64,000 nucleotides of DNA from Camelus ferus (GCF_009834535.1 NC_045697.1:97218001-97282000); one strand, 5' to 3'; positions 11,935 to 25,359 are shown, counted from the stretch's first letter. Notes: generated by a model from the letters alone, not told the origin. Numbers and translations: made by a program.

Positions 11935-13715
11935 AAAATGCTATATCAGCCAGGTGAGTTGGATAATACAACAATTATCTTCTGATACAAAGAAAATTGG
12001 CAATCTGTAGAAATTAGGGACAAGAGCCAACCATCCAAACAAAGCAAATAAACAAACAAAAATAAAACACACAAAAAAATTAACCTAAATTTTACAGTTA
12101 GTTTCTCAAAGTATTTTTCATTGAAAGAATAAATTTTCATATATAAATTGTATTTTCATGTATCTCTTTGCTTAATATGCTGGTAACATAAACTGAGAGA
12201 ATTGTCTCCATATAATGAATATAAAGATAAATTGTATATGATTCCTGTTTTTTTCAAATCTTTATGCATCTATGGAAACTAAACAATACATTTTAAAATA
12301 TATCATTAATCTTGGTCCCAAATGAGTAACAGATAGCTAAATATAGAGACTATCAATACAATAATTTAAGATGTCATTAATAAAAGTGTATTGGCTATTT
12401 TGTTCTAAGCATTATTTCCACAGAATTTTCTTCATTTTGCATCTTTGTGTTTTGTAATTTCAGAAATCAACAAGGTAAATCTATAAAATAAAATGTTACT
12501 GTTTGATAGAAGTTAAATTTTGACTCCCCTAAATAAGGGTCATTTTGGAAGAAATGGCAAAAGTGTTAGTATGCTTGGATTAAGACTCAAGGTAATCTGC
12601 ACAGAGTTTAAAAAAAAAAAGGTGTTCATGGAATTTTCTTCATAACAAGAGAAACAGAATATAAAGTCCAATGGGGCCTCCTGAGCCATTAAAAAAAAAA
12701 ACACATCAAGAGGTGAAAAATGAAGTTATTCTCACACCATTATTTTTGGCATAATATATAATATATATGCATTAGTGGCAAAAATTGTTACACTTCTTTC
12801 AAGCATGAATACAAATTTATTCAATTAAAGTCCAATACTTGATTAGGTCAAAAGGAGAAGGATGAAAATATTATCTTATGCCTTAAAGATAAACAATCAA
12901 GGAACTGATGAAACAGGAAAAGAAAAAGCTTTTAAAGGCCAACCACAGAACTCTCCCTGCCAATAATCCTCTATTATCCAAGCTGAGGATCATGAGTTAG
13001 AGTTGTCCTGCCAGGACAAAGATGAATTGTAGTTCAGGAATTCTATGCCAAGAAGTATCCAGGGCTGAAATCAGAAATATCCCAGGAGGTTAAAAGAAGA
13101 ACACTTTCAAAGGCTTTTCAGCAGAACAGCTGGTGTCATCAAATGGTCAGAGAAATCTTAGGCGGCACGGTTGCTACGACTTTATTGTTGGGTTCACCTG
13201 CTTCACGGCTGATGGGGTCTCTATCCTTAATGCTCCTTGTCTAGACTTAAATATTTTAAAAAGTATTCTAACAATTCCTATCAAAATCTTAGATCTTCAA
13301 AAAGAGAGATACTAAAGTATTTTACCAGTTTGCCAAACATCATTCTACCATTATCTTTCAAAACATTTCATAAAATGTTCTAGTTACTCGATTCTTTTAT
13401 TTTGGAATTTTCTTTGTCTTCCAAATTTACGTTTTTTCAAAGAGGAGAAAATCATCAACTTAGGAATTTAGATTCTCTGTTGACTAGATTGCCACACTGT
13501 GGGATCATGCAGTTTATTTACCCCATTCCACATCAGGTAGGTATGCAAAGGGGCCACCTGTGACCTGATAAATAGAATAATAATAAAAATGTATTTGATC
13601 TAGAATGAACAAGTATAAATTTACAAGATGTATTCTTATATATCATTACAAAAACAAAATAATGCTGACATGGAAATGATTTCTGTGTTTAGCAGAGATA
13701 GATGGACTGGTCATT

Positions 13716-13940
13716 CTAGTGGTTAAGAACTCTTGTGTCAGAGAATCCTAATTTTACACCCAATTCCTCAGTTAGTATTACCATGAGACCATGGACAAGT
13801 TAGAATCTCTAAGCTTTAAATTCCTAATTTAAAATTATGTTAATGATTGTGTCTGTCTCAGCGGATTGTTGAGAATATTAAATAAGTTCCTATGGGTTTA
13901 ACACACAGCACAATGCCTGGTGTATTATAGTATCACACAA
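13716..13940 (+). mobile_element. MIR SINE
   Basis: gtggttaagaactc...gaccatggacaagtta...tctctaagcttt...ggattgttgagaatattaaat matches the MIR core. Confidence 0.75.
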
Positions 13941-13959
13941 AAAATAGACAATGCTTTAT

Positions 13960-14190
13960 ATCTATTATATTTTATCATTTAGTGAGTGCCTATTATATTC
14001 CAAATAAAATATTTTATATTTTATTGACTTACTCCAAATCATTATAACATCCCTACAATTTGATACATTTAGCTCCATTATATAGATGTGGAACTTGAGG
14101 TTCAGAAAGAATTTTATTGCTCAAATTTATGCAGATACCAAGTAGTTTCATGACAAATGGACCTATATCTGCCTAATTATTTTTTGTTCC
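13960..14190 (-). mobile_element. MIR SINE
   Basis: catttagtgagtgcctatta...ccattatatagatgtggaacttgaggttcaga is the antisense MIR core. Confidence 0.7.
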
Positions 14191-15299
14191 ACATGTATAA
14201 TTGGAAGCAAGAGTTCTGATAGTAAAATAAATCTCAGTTATATGTGACCTCAGTTGAATGTGACCTTTTTAGACCTAGTGGGAACCTAGTTGTGGATCTG
14301 GTACCTACTAAAGGATTTTGGAAAGGACATCTGCCTCTCATGTCCAAATATTATTCCTATTTACCTGATAATAAATTTCACATCACAAAATGTGATTCCT
14401 CTAAGTTAAACACTTGTTTTACAAATTTGTTTCTCTTTTAAAATACACATATACCCAGAGAAAGGAAAGAGCTATAACAAATTAAGAGATCCTCATGTCT
14501 GTATTTTTTGTTTCTTTAAGAATTTTTTCCTTGTTTTCATAGTTTCCAGGGAAGACTTTATGGCAATTCAAACCATACTGGGTGCCTAAAACAATGAAAG
14601 TGAGAAAAACTTAGATCACTAAAGGTACATTTCTAGTTTTAAAATAATACTCAGTATCTGGCTTGTCTTTTGCAGAAATTCAGCATTACTCCAAATCCCT
14701 GTTGAGGCTCTACTCCTTGAATATGAAATATTTTAAATTTTGTCATAGAGTCAGCCACAAAACTCTTAGACTCAGATTGCTGCAGCAACCTTGAAGTCAA
14801 TGAATCCCACACACCTCAAAATAACTTTCTGTGTAACTCTTTTTATAAAAGAAATATGACAAATACTTTTAAAGAAAGTTCTGGTGGGCACGAGATTTAT
14901 CATCTGAAGTAGTTATATCCCAAAGGATCATCTTATCTATCAAAATGTATGTTTAAATTCGTGGTGATAGATGTAAAAACCCAGACTTTTAAACAAACAA
15001 AAAAATACGTACATAGATTTTCTGAAAAGGCTGAGACAATAATAGTATTTATCCATTTCAAAATGGTTCCCAGATAATCAAAGTATAAATTCAAAAGTGA
15101 GATATTCACAGACAGATATTCTACTGAATATTTTCCCCTTTTTGTCATAAAATAATGACAAATTTTCATTTGGAAGTCATTACAATCATAATATTTCCAA
15201 TAGAAATGGGGTTTTAAATAATATCCAGATGAAATCATAGTAAAATAAATAAACCAGGGAGGAAGTTTGCATCACTAAGAAATGGAAGCAGACTTTTCA

Positions 15300-15785
15300 A
15301 AACTCCAGAAACTGTCAATGACAAGGGTAGGATTTCTACTAGTTTATGTGCTCAAAGCTTAGCTGTTGAAAAACCTGTTTCCTTCTTCACATCCTCTTGT
15401 CACAACAGAAAATGAGGCAGAAAAAAATTTAAAGTCTGAAAACATCATACAGGTTAAGATTTTTCTGACTCCTGTTGGGACCGTATAAACCATCAAGTTG
15501 TTACAGTGCATTCTCCACAGAACAAGTAATGAGGTACGAAGTGGCTCCATTTCTGCTTCCTCCGAGTTGGAAAACGTGGAGCAAAAATCGGACAGACACA
15601 AAGTGAACAATGAGCCACATGCCATTGGCTGAACTCTGAGAAAAGGAAGTAGTACACATGCGCTCTTCTGCACAAGACCATATGCTTCCCAGATTTTTGC
15701 TAAAGATGAAAGTAATTCTTTATGATTCAGGGGAACACAGACGATCCCTTAGTACAGCTGTAGAGTAGGAACCAGAGAGAAGTAC
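15300..15785 (-). other. Candidate exon (probably terminal) of an unidentified minus-strand transcript; 3' end undefined
   Basis: On the minus strand: branch-point-like TACTAAT (15822-15816), pyrimidine tract cctttattctct and acceptor TAG|G at 15786/15785. Unique, higher-GC sequence with several retained CpGs. Confidence 0.5.
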
Positions 15786-16236
15786 CTACAGAGAATAAAG
15801 GTACAATCAATTGCTATTAGTAATTGCACATTTCAAAACAGAAAATTCTTTTCAATGTATTTATATTGTTTGAGACCAATCGCTCTTTCAAACCCCCCTG
15901 TGTTTTTATTTCAGGTAGTATAATCCTATCTTGGGTTTCATAATTCTAAACACAGTGCCAAATGCCATGTGGTCTTAATAAAAATTAATCTGACTTTAAG
16001 CAGAAAAACCAGAGAAGACTGTTTGCTTTTAAATTCCTTTCCAATAAATTTCTCTCCTAAATATTTATAGTTCTAAGTATCTGTTACTTCAAATATATAA
16101 CATAATATTATGTTAATAATATTATATATTTTTATATGTAGTATATAAATAGAATGCTTACCTAGCCATTTAAAATTCTTAGTGTCGTCTCTGAAAATTT
16201 CAAATCTAGTCAAGAGGATAGGTGCTCAAAACTTAC

Positions 16237-16329
16237 CTTCCTGGCTGGAGTCAACAAAAACGTCTTGCCCACAGACCCATGTCACAAGCGAGGATCTGAT
16301 CCTCTTCTAAGCCTACTGACACCCAGATG
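16237..16329 (-). other. Candidate 93-nt internal exon of the same minus-strand transcript
   Basis: Acceptor ttcattcacag| and consensus donor AAG|GTAAGT (16236-16231). About 50% GC against AT-rich flanks. Stop codons occur in all three frames. Confidence 0.5.
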
Positions 16330-18378
16330 CTGTGAATGAATTTATACCCTCAATTTCTTTCCCCATGAAATAATTCAATTTTAAGTGGATAAATATTTTT
16401 ACTAGTCATACAACTGGTTTCTCAAAAACAGTTGCCAAATGACAGAAAGAGCAGTACAGAACCTCTTGGAATAACTTTCTTTAAACATCTAAAAAATTTT
16501 AAAGCAGCACTAATTTTACCTGTTTAAATGCTAGGCTTTGTAGCAAAATTTCATTTAAATACAGGGATAAGTTTTTTTTTGTTTGTTTGTGTTTTTGAAA
16601 AATGATGAGGCATTAAAAATAAAAAGCAAACACAAACACAGTCAGAGGATAATAAAATGTTTTACCAAAGGCAAACCATGTATTAGTGATAGAGCTAAAC
16701 TTACAAGTCTTCTTCAGTGTCATGTAGACCACTCACAAGTACCTATCTTTCTGATTTTTTTTCTGTAATGAATTAAAGAAGGAGCCTCTTGTGTGTTTAT
16801 ATAGCCTACTTTCTCCTATGCACTCAGTTGAACCTGATCTAATTCAACCTTTGTTTAAACTAAAAGTTCAAAATCCAAGAATAGATAACCCAGTGCTTGG
16901 AGTTATTTATACAAATGTAGGAAACTCTTAGAAAATGCCATGTTTTAGCAATATGCACTTGAGTACCAAACTAAGGAAATAAGGTAATAAGTATCAATAA
17001 AATAACTTTCACTTTTATACTTGTGTCAATTAACCTTTATTTACATTTTAAATGTCCTAATAAAAAAGATAGTCTTATAGAGTATTTTAGAGCTCAAATA
17101 TTCTTGTTCTTAAAATTTAAATATTTCAATTTAACAAATTTGTTCAGAGATATGATTGTCTTTTCAAATACATTTCCTTCATTAGTTTGTTTTTTCAGCA
17201 CTCTTGTCACATCTTTACAGCATGACAAAATGTCATTTCCAAAACCATCCTTTAGATATATTCTAACTAGGCTTTTAAAGCAATTTAGAAGAGAGCTGTA
17301 ACTGCCTAAATTGAGAAGCTTAAAGTAGAAGAACTAAAATAAAGTGAAGTATTTGTAAAAGTTTTAGGGTAAGATAAACTTCTAGAAGGCTGATGTTCCA
17401 TAGACATTTTAAAGTTCTGAAGTATTTTGTCCAACTAAAACTAAAGTACACTGGGAAACTGTGCAGTCAGTTTACTTAAGCTTGAAAATTCCATTTCATT
17501 CAAATTGGATACAGTAGTTAAGTAAAACAATGGGCCTTCTATTTTCTGCCACATGTTATTTTTTTTTTTTTTAAATGTATATAAGAGCTGTCATACGAGC
17601 AGGCTGTTTGCCTGCTCGGTGCTAGGTTTTATGTTTCTGAAAGGCTTCCACCCCCATCTCTTAATGCTGAAAATAAATCAATTTCATCTGTTGGTTGTTT
17701 TATTTCTAGGAGTTTTTTTCCTGCTTCCTTTTAGGCCAGGTTCCACAAAGCCATATGGCAGCTGAGAGAAGGAAAGCAATGAGCTCGTATTTTAAGATCT
17801 GAACAAAAGGGGCTGTGGTGTCAGAGCTGCCCATGAATGCATGAGACACAGGCATGTATAGAAGGACCTCCAGCCCTGTCAGTGAAGACTAAAGAAAAGG
17901 CTGATGGCGCTGCCACTGCTTAAGCAGAGAAATACTGAGTGCTTTCTTTGCTCATGTCATCCACTTTCGTCTGCCCCCTCCTTTACCACATCCCCTCCCA
18001 GTCAGTCTAGTGCCAAAATCCCATTAGCTATATTAATGACATATAATTGGAGGAAGAAGTGTGTGGCAGGACAAGAAAGGCACCAGTTGAGCATTCTTTT
18101 TATTTATTTCTGGTGTTTGTATCACAAGATGCAAAAATTCCAACAAAGATTGTTTCGATCAAGTATTTAAAGAGCTCAGAACACGTTACAGAAAAGATCT
18201 CATAAAGCACTGACTTGTCTCTCATCTACTCATCTACAGTTGAACTCTTCTGTTCTCTAGTGATAGGAAATATTAGGCAGACCCTCTAAATATTGAAAGA
18301 ATATAACATGTTTTTTGGCTTTAAGTTTTTGAGTCATAAGTTTTGATACATGATGTCCAGAAATTCTTGATCTTATGC

Positions 18379-18403
18379 TACACACACACACACACACACA
18401 CAC
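18379..18403. repeat. (CA)n microsatellite
   Basis: Read directly from the sequence. Confidence 0.95.
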
Positions 18404-19299
18404 ATGCATACACACATTCACACTCAGTCACTTGCTCACTCATACATCTATTCTTTTGTAGTTTGAGACTAAATAAATAAATATATGTACACATATGTAA
18501 AGATTAAAGCTATAAACTTGGAACAGTTAATCTTCAAACCTTTTTGGACATGTTAAATAATTGCATAGCATAGGATACAATTTTGTTGATTACCATTTAG
18601 AATCATAAGTCATGATGTACATAAGACAGTGATTGGACATTTTCAAAGGAGTATATAAACATAGATGCTATTCCCTCTCACACCAGTGCCTTATACAGAA
18701 CTTTATATTCGCATTGGCAGTTGGTTAATAAGATGGAGAAAAAGTTAGGTATGCATAATACTTACCCTTTCTAAAGTGAGAATATTGAAAGAGAAGAAAG
18801 GAGGATACGGGAAACAGCTCCTACCCATACATGTGAATATTCCTTTCATTTCAATCCATTTAAAACTATGGCCAAATTGGAATGTACAGCTGCAACTGCT
18901 TCTAATCCTGCCTAGCCTCTCTGAATTCTTTACTCAGTAATTGGATATTAGAATTATTATTTAAAGAAATAATATTCATTTAGATATGTAGGTCATAAAA
19001 TAATTAGATGTATGAAGGCAGAGATTAATGGATAACTAATTATCTACTATTAGAAAAATATATGATGGCTAAGGGCAGGGGCTTGAGCAATGATAATGAT
19101 GATCTAAAAAAATGGCTCAGGAGAAGTGCTGCAAAGTCATACTCCACCTTGGATAATTTGGGGCAGATAGATAAGAATATTGTGCTGCAGCAAATATACA
19201 AGTGAGATTATGTAATAATCCCAGAAGAAATATGTACAAAAATAAGTAACAATGCTAGTATAGCTTGAAAAGAGCTGGAAATTAGAGTTATTTAAAAAA

Positions 19300-20640
19300 G
19301 TATTTGGGATTTTTGATAATGGCAGTGTGAAGAAGGCAGGCAATTCCTCCTATAGATATCAATTATAAAAGCATCAAATCAGTATAAAAAACCAAAGTCA
19401 GGCAAAAAAACTGAGAAAAGTTTTATTGAAAAAAACTACCCTGTTAGATAAGAGATGTAAGCATATGACTTTTAACCTGGGTTCATTCTCCAACCCCAGC
19501 TCCAGTGAAGGAAAGTCACTGCCTTACCAGCTCAAGGTGGCAGATAATTGAATTCAGGAAAGGAAAAGAAAAGCCATAGAATGGCTGAAATCCAAAATTG
19601 AATATAAATTCTTTCCAAATCTCTGTCTGACTAAACACTACACAGCAATGTGGTAGGTCCTTGATAGCATGAAGAACAACCCTGTAGAAACTAGGGAGAG
19701 TTCTACCTTTGTAAGACGTACTTGCTCCTGGTGAGATTTCAGAGTTTGCTGCAGCTTTGAGCATGTTTGTTACCTGAACATAGCATAGACATCAGCAAGT
19801 CAGAGGCTTCCTGGCTTGAGGTTAGAAAGTGGAACTCTGGAATGACTGAGTGGCTAGAAATTTAAAGGGAAACTAGAAGAAAGAGAATCACAGAAAGAGT
19901 AAGCCCCTAAATCCGAGTAAAAATTCTATCCAAATCCATGGTTGATTTCTATACTATGCCAGCAGAGGGGAGCCACCAGATTGCAAAGCTAAAAATGTGA
20001 GCTGCAAGAATCTAAAAAGAGTAGGCCGAGGCATCATTATTGACCACTGTGGGTTGACAAATTTCACATTTTAAACTCAGTCAGGTTATCTGCCTACTAG
20101 AAGAAAAGTGAGACAGTTTCAGTAGAAAAAAATGAAACACCACAGTCAAAAAACATATGGTGTAAAATGTCCAGTTTTCAAACAAAAACTAATTGACATG
20201 TAAAGAACAGACAAATATGACTCATACTTTAGGGAGGAAAGAAGCAGTTAATAGAAACTGACTCCATTTGGGTTAGATATTACATTTAGCCAATAAAGAC
20301 TTCAAATTAACTAGTACAAATATGTCCCCAAATTGTAGAAAACTGTATTTAAAAAATTAAAGGACAGTATGAGATCAATGAGTAAACAGGAACTCAACAA
20401 CAGCAAAAGTATTAAATAATAGAAAATCCAATTCTTAAAATTGAGTGACTGAAAAATTTACTAGAGGATTCAACAGAATATTTAATATGACAGAACACCT
20501 TGAAACAAGGTAAATAAAAATATGCAAAACTTAAAAAATTAAAAATATGAATAAAAATAAACTGTGCCTCAGACACATTTAAAACATAGAGTATAACTCA
20601 GATATAATGAAAGAAAATACATGAATATATGTAAAAGAAG
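19300..20640 (+). mobile_element. Old L1 (L1M-type) 5'UTR/ORF1 fragment
   Basis: A-rich plus strand with old-L1 motifs (aaaatgtccagttttcaaacaaaaac; gaagcagttaatagaaactgac; aaagacttcaaattaactag; ttactagaggattcaacagaatattt). Confidence 0.7.
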
Positions 20641-20778
20641 AAACATGTATATACACTTAATTGCTTAAATGACAAAGTTCATTGTTGCTTTTATCTTCAA
20701 AGTTCATTATGATTCTCTCCAATATAGTTTCTCCAGTGTTACCCCCAAATAGCCTATCAATATCAAGAAATTGTGCCT

Positions 20779-20781
<3 letters not shown>

Positions 20782-20836
<55 letters not shown>
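20782..20836. repeat. (TA)n microsatellite, about 27 units
   Basis: Read directly from the sequence. Confidence 0.97.
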
Positions 20837-20839
<3 letters not shown>

Positions 20840-21539
20840 CATTCTTTATATATATTTCTGTCCTACTTGAGATGTCTTAGGTCCTCAGACTAGGTTCAGA
20901 ATCTAGTACATGCTCACATGGGATTTTACGGTTTTTTTCATCAGGCTGCTGCTGATGAGTGCCTACTCAGTGTCCACTTTTCTCTTTTTCTTTACTACTA
21001 GGTCCAATACTCTTTAATGTAGAATTTCACCCATGTAAAAATATGTGGTTCAGTTTGGCAAAGGAGAAGTGAGAGGAATTCTACAAATGGAGGATTTCAT
21101 AAAAATAACTATTTTTCTGATCAGAAGAACAGATTCAGCAGGCATATGTTTTTTTCTTCTTTTAAATAAATACTTTTGTAGCACTCATGTTTCTGGCATG
21201 ATTCCAAATGCTTTATCCTTATTAACATATTTCATACCTAAAAGAAATCTATGAGGTATCTACTGTTATTAACCTCATTTTACTAGTTTTTTAATTGAGG
21301 CAAGAATGTCTAAATAACTCATACAACACTTGCCCTTTGCCCTTATCCTCCCTCCTGTGTGCAATGGGATGCATCCTAGAAATGCAACAGCCATCTTATA
21401 AATATGAGCATAAAATTAACATGGTTAATGTGGCAAAGCAGAAAGCTAAGCTGCTCTGGAATGTTAGTGTTGTTTATGGTTATCAATGCCATGAACAGCC
21501 CTCTGGATTTGATTTTTGGTCAGAAATCATTTCTTAGTG

Positions 21540-22038
21540 TTAGCATCTTTTTTTCTATCTAATCAGATTAGAAAATCTGACCAGATTTTCTATCTAAATG
21601 AGAAATGTCATTTGTTGAACTCAGCAATTCCTGGTTTTAATCTAATATTTCTTTCTCGAGCCTCAAACTCTTCTTCCTCATATTACTGTAGGCAGCTCGA
21701 TGAAGGTAGACAGCATCTTCAGCACTTTGCCTGGTCAAGTTCATTAGACAAATATGCCATTTTTCATGTTATTGCAGGTGACAGAATATCTAAATTTTCT
21801 ACTGCCACATAACAATTGCTCATTTTCCTCCAGTTTACAATGATATTTTCCTTACTTTCCTTAAAGCTTCCACTGACAGCCTTTTTGAGGGCCATGAGGC
21901 TTCTATTAATAGCCTCTTCCTTTTTGACTTTCATTAACTACCTCTTCAAGATTTTTCAAGCTTCCTTTGATCCACTCTCCACTAATTTCCACAGATATAT
22001 GTGTGTCTGTGTATACATATATATGTACTTATATACAA

Positions 22039-22082
<44 letters not shown>

Positions 22083-22540
22083 TTTTCTAGCACCTCACTT
22101 AAAGTTAGCAAAGTCTGCTCAAACAATTCCAAAACTTAGTGATTTAAACAATACCAATTCTAATCTTACTCACAAATCTGCAGTTTTTCAGGGTCTATCA
22201 GGGACAACTCATCTCTGCTCCATGCAGTGTCAGCTGAGGAGGTTTGAAGACAGTATTGTAACTATCTAAAGGCTCAAATAACAGATGTTGATGCTTACTG
22301 TTGACTGAGACTTCAGCTGGGCCTGAAGGGGCTGGGGCTGGAATGCCTACATATGGTTCTATGTAGCCTGGCAGCTGTTTTATAAAATCAAGTGCAGCAA
22401 GAGGATGAGGCAAAAGCTTTATTTCCTTTTAAAATCTAGTTATGGAATTCACATAGTGTCACATTTGCCATAGTTGAACCTCACCAAATTCAAGAGGAGA
22501 AAATATAAGATCCACCTCTAAATTGTAGGGAAAACATGTC
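21540..22540 (-). mobile_element. MaLR internal fragment plus MLT1-type LTR, containing a (TA)n run at ~22040-22079
   Basis: Antisense MLT1-internal-like motif ccacataacaa...ttcctccagttt, followed by LTR motifs ccaaaacttagtgatttaaacaa, ctctgctccatgcagtgtcagctgagg and cacatagtgtcacatttgcc. Confidence 0.65.
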
Positions 22541-25359
22541 ACAACAGAACTTAAGCATGAGAAAATAAATTCCTATTTGATTAAGCCATTTTAGTCAAAT
22601 TCCTGTAACATGCATATATTGTTATGAGTGCATATTATATATATATATTTTTTGTCCCATGTTTTATATCTGTTTCTCCTACTAGACTGTGAATTTCAGG
22701 AGAGCAGAGATTATTTCTGTGGTGTTTCCCACCCAGATCACACTGGCTATTAATTTTAATAAACATTTATTGAAATTAATAAGTAGATTACACTAGGCAC
22801 TAGAAAGAGAAGGCTGAGAGCTTTGGGATTTAAACGTCTTTCACTGAAGTTGAATATGAAATTCTATGTTGTGTTACACTCTGACTCAGGACGAAGCCTT
22901 GTGGACCTGATCTACTCTTGAGGCTTGAAGGTGAGCTTCCCTCTTAGAATGCTCAGGAATTCCAAGTAATTTGTGTGTATGTGTGTGGAAGCAAAGACTC
23001 TGAAACTGAACAACCAAAAACTGAACAGTTCCTTGGCAATAGCTTTTTAAGGACATTATTGGCAAGCTCAGTCTGCTCCACTATTTTATAATGAAAGCAA
23101 TTTTTAAGTAACCCTGAACTTGTACAGTAGAGAAAGTTGAAAGAGGTTAGACTGTTTTTAATTTAAGTATTATATTATGGCATAAAAATGTTTGAATTTT
23201 ACATGAGAGGGCATGAAAAACAACATCAATGTGGAAATCTCTGAAATAATATACCCAGAAAGCATTAAAAAATAGCAGTGATGCCATTAGTCATTCTACA
23301 TTCGCTAGAAATGAGAAACTGTTACCACGATTAATAAATGTATTGTTTAAAGTACTTTTGCATGATTTCATGCATTGGTCTGAATAATATTTACATTCAT
23401 GTTTCTTCCAAGACTTAAATTCAATAATTGGGGAAAAAAAGTGTCTCACAGAAAAAATTGAAACTTCTTTTCTTCCTCTATGACATATGTGATTACCTCA
23501 TGCTCTAAGGAATGTATGTTGTAAATACTGGATTTATAGCAACACCTCAGATAATTACACAGTTTTAGGGGTATTGAGCAGAGAAAGAATTTCTGACTAT
23601 CCAGACAATGCCCTCTTTTATTCAGTATTAGTCTCAGAAGAATGTGACCGTATAGGTTAGCTATGTTTATGTTGTCCTTAAGGACAAGAAAGTTTATATT
23701 TTTTTAGAGGGCAATATTCTTTTAACAAGCTAAACCAACTCGTAGGAAAGAAATAAAGCCTTATAAAAATTGGAATAAATGTCTTCAAACCAATATGTTA
23801 TTTGAAACACTATTTTACATGGTACATTCATTTTTGTCTCACCCTCACATAACTCTGCAAATAGCTATTGAATTCAAGCTGTCTCAAGGGTAAAAGTATA
23901 AAGCTGAATGTTTCTGTTGGATTTAGTTGAGCTCAAAGAGCGTCTGGATTTGTTGGTCATGGCATTCCCTCTTAAACCCTCAAGTGTTTGAGCCCAGTTA
24001 TACTAGAACAATTCAACAATTCAGGGTTTCTTTTCCATGTAAAAACATCTGTTTACATGGCTTATGTCTGAATGAATATGAACATGTTATCATTTACTGA
24101 AAAATGATAAGATGGTTTACAGCATTTGTATCTCACAATTGCTATTTAATTATATTTTGTATATTCAGGGTTTGACCTTTCCAAAATTGATTCATATAAG
24201 TTAAGAGAAAGGAAACAGGAAGAACTAGAAAGTATTTACGTCACTTATACTGCTTGGTGTTACAGCATTAGCAATATCTGGTTTTCAAAGGTATGTATGC
24301 CAAAAACAGAACCAAAAAAAAAAAAAAAAATTAGCAAATTGGTATCATTACATTCTTGAAGTAAAAATGTTTTGTGCAATCTAAATGCAAAAATAAGATG
24401 TCAAACTAATAATATATACCAGGGAGATGAATTCTACAATTTGAGAGTACTACAAATACAATGTCTACAGAAACTGAAGAATGTAATTAACAAGATGAAG
24501 CAATTTGACTCCTGGACAGTTTTTGGGTGTTCTTTGGAAAGTCTCTAACCCTGGGGATATCTGGCCTACAATTTCCTTGCTAAGGGCCATTTGCAACTCT
24601 TTGCTAATCCCTTGGGCATCTGGTAGTTCAGCCAGTTTTTTGGCCCAAGGTATTTTTGCCCTTTCAATTGATTCCCTTTGATAAAATCAAAGATGATCCT
24701 TTTTTGGTTATCTTTTATGAGTAAAGCCATTTGGGGTATGTATACTTAACACTTTTTTTTTCTGCATGCCAACGTTGGAGTGCATGCTGCCTTCCCAGGC
24801 AACCATCATTTCTTCCTTCCCATTTGTGTGGCCTCAATTCTGATCTTGAGTGAATCCCAGGGGATATATGTGAAGTGCTCTTCCTGGTCACTTTGAAGAT
24901 TTCCTTTCTTTACTTGAAGTGAGGGGCAAGGACTTGCCTGTCCTAGCCCCTTATGCAGGAATGGGGGTAGGGAGGGGAACTCAGGACACAAAGAGAGTTC
25001 CTTGTGTAACATCTCCTTCTCACACTTAACAAGTCTTCTCTCTACCTTGTGGTGTCTTGTATAAGCTGTTAAAGATTAAAGCCACTTTATTCAACTCAGC
25101 ATTATGTAGACATTTCAGCTGACACTGAAATTAAAAGAATTGTATTTATAATCCTGTCACATAATTATAAACACCATATTTTTTCTCTGATGTAAGTTAG
25201 GAGTTCTAGATAATCCACTGAAGGAAAGTGACTTGTCTGAAATAATAGAATTTGAGATTATATTACTGCACTGACAGTAGAGGAATTTTGCTGCATCTTG
25301 ATTACACAGTTGTTTTTAATCTGAACATGGAAAGAAGTCAGATTAACATTCATTGGGCA

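Noticed and set aside
15359..15681. Overlapping 104-aa and 62-aa minus-strand ORFs as protein-coding genes
   Set aside because: Not recognisable; they lie inside the candidate terminal exon downstream of in-frame stops and are more likely UTR or non-coding.
15720..16280. Selenoprotein-like reading MGLWARRFC-UGA-LQPGR/YFLSGS... across the intron
   Set aside because: The Cys-UGA pair is suggestive, but I found no SECIS element or selenoprotein similarity, and a single in-frame TGA is expected by chance.
24500..25020. Possible ancient LTR/Gypsy fragment with a primer-binding-site-like tgcactccaacgttgg on the minus strand
   Set aside because: Similarity is too weak to call without a database search.
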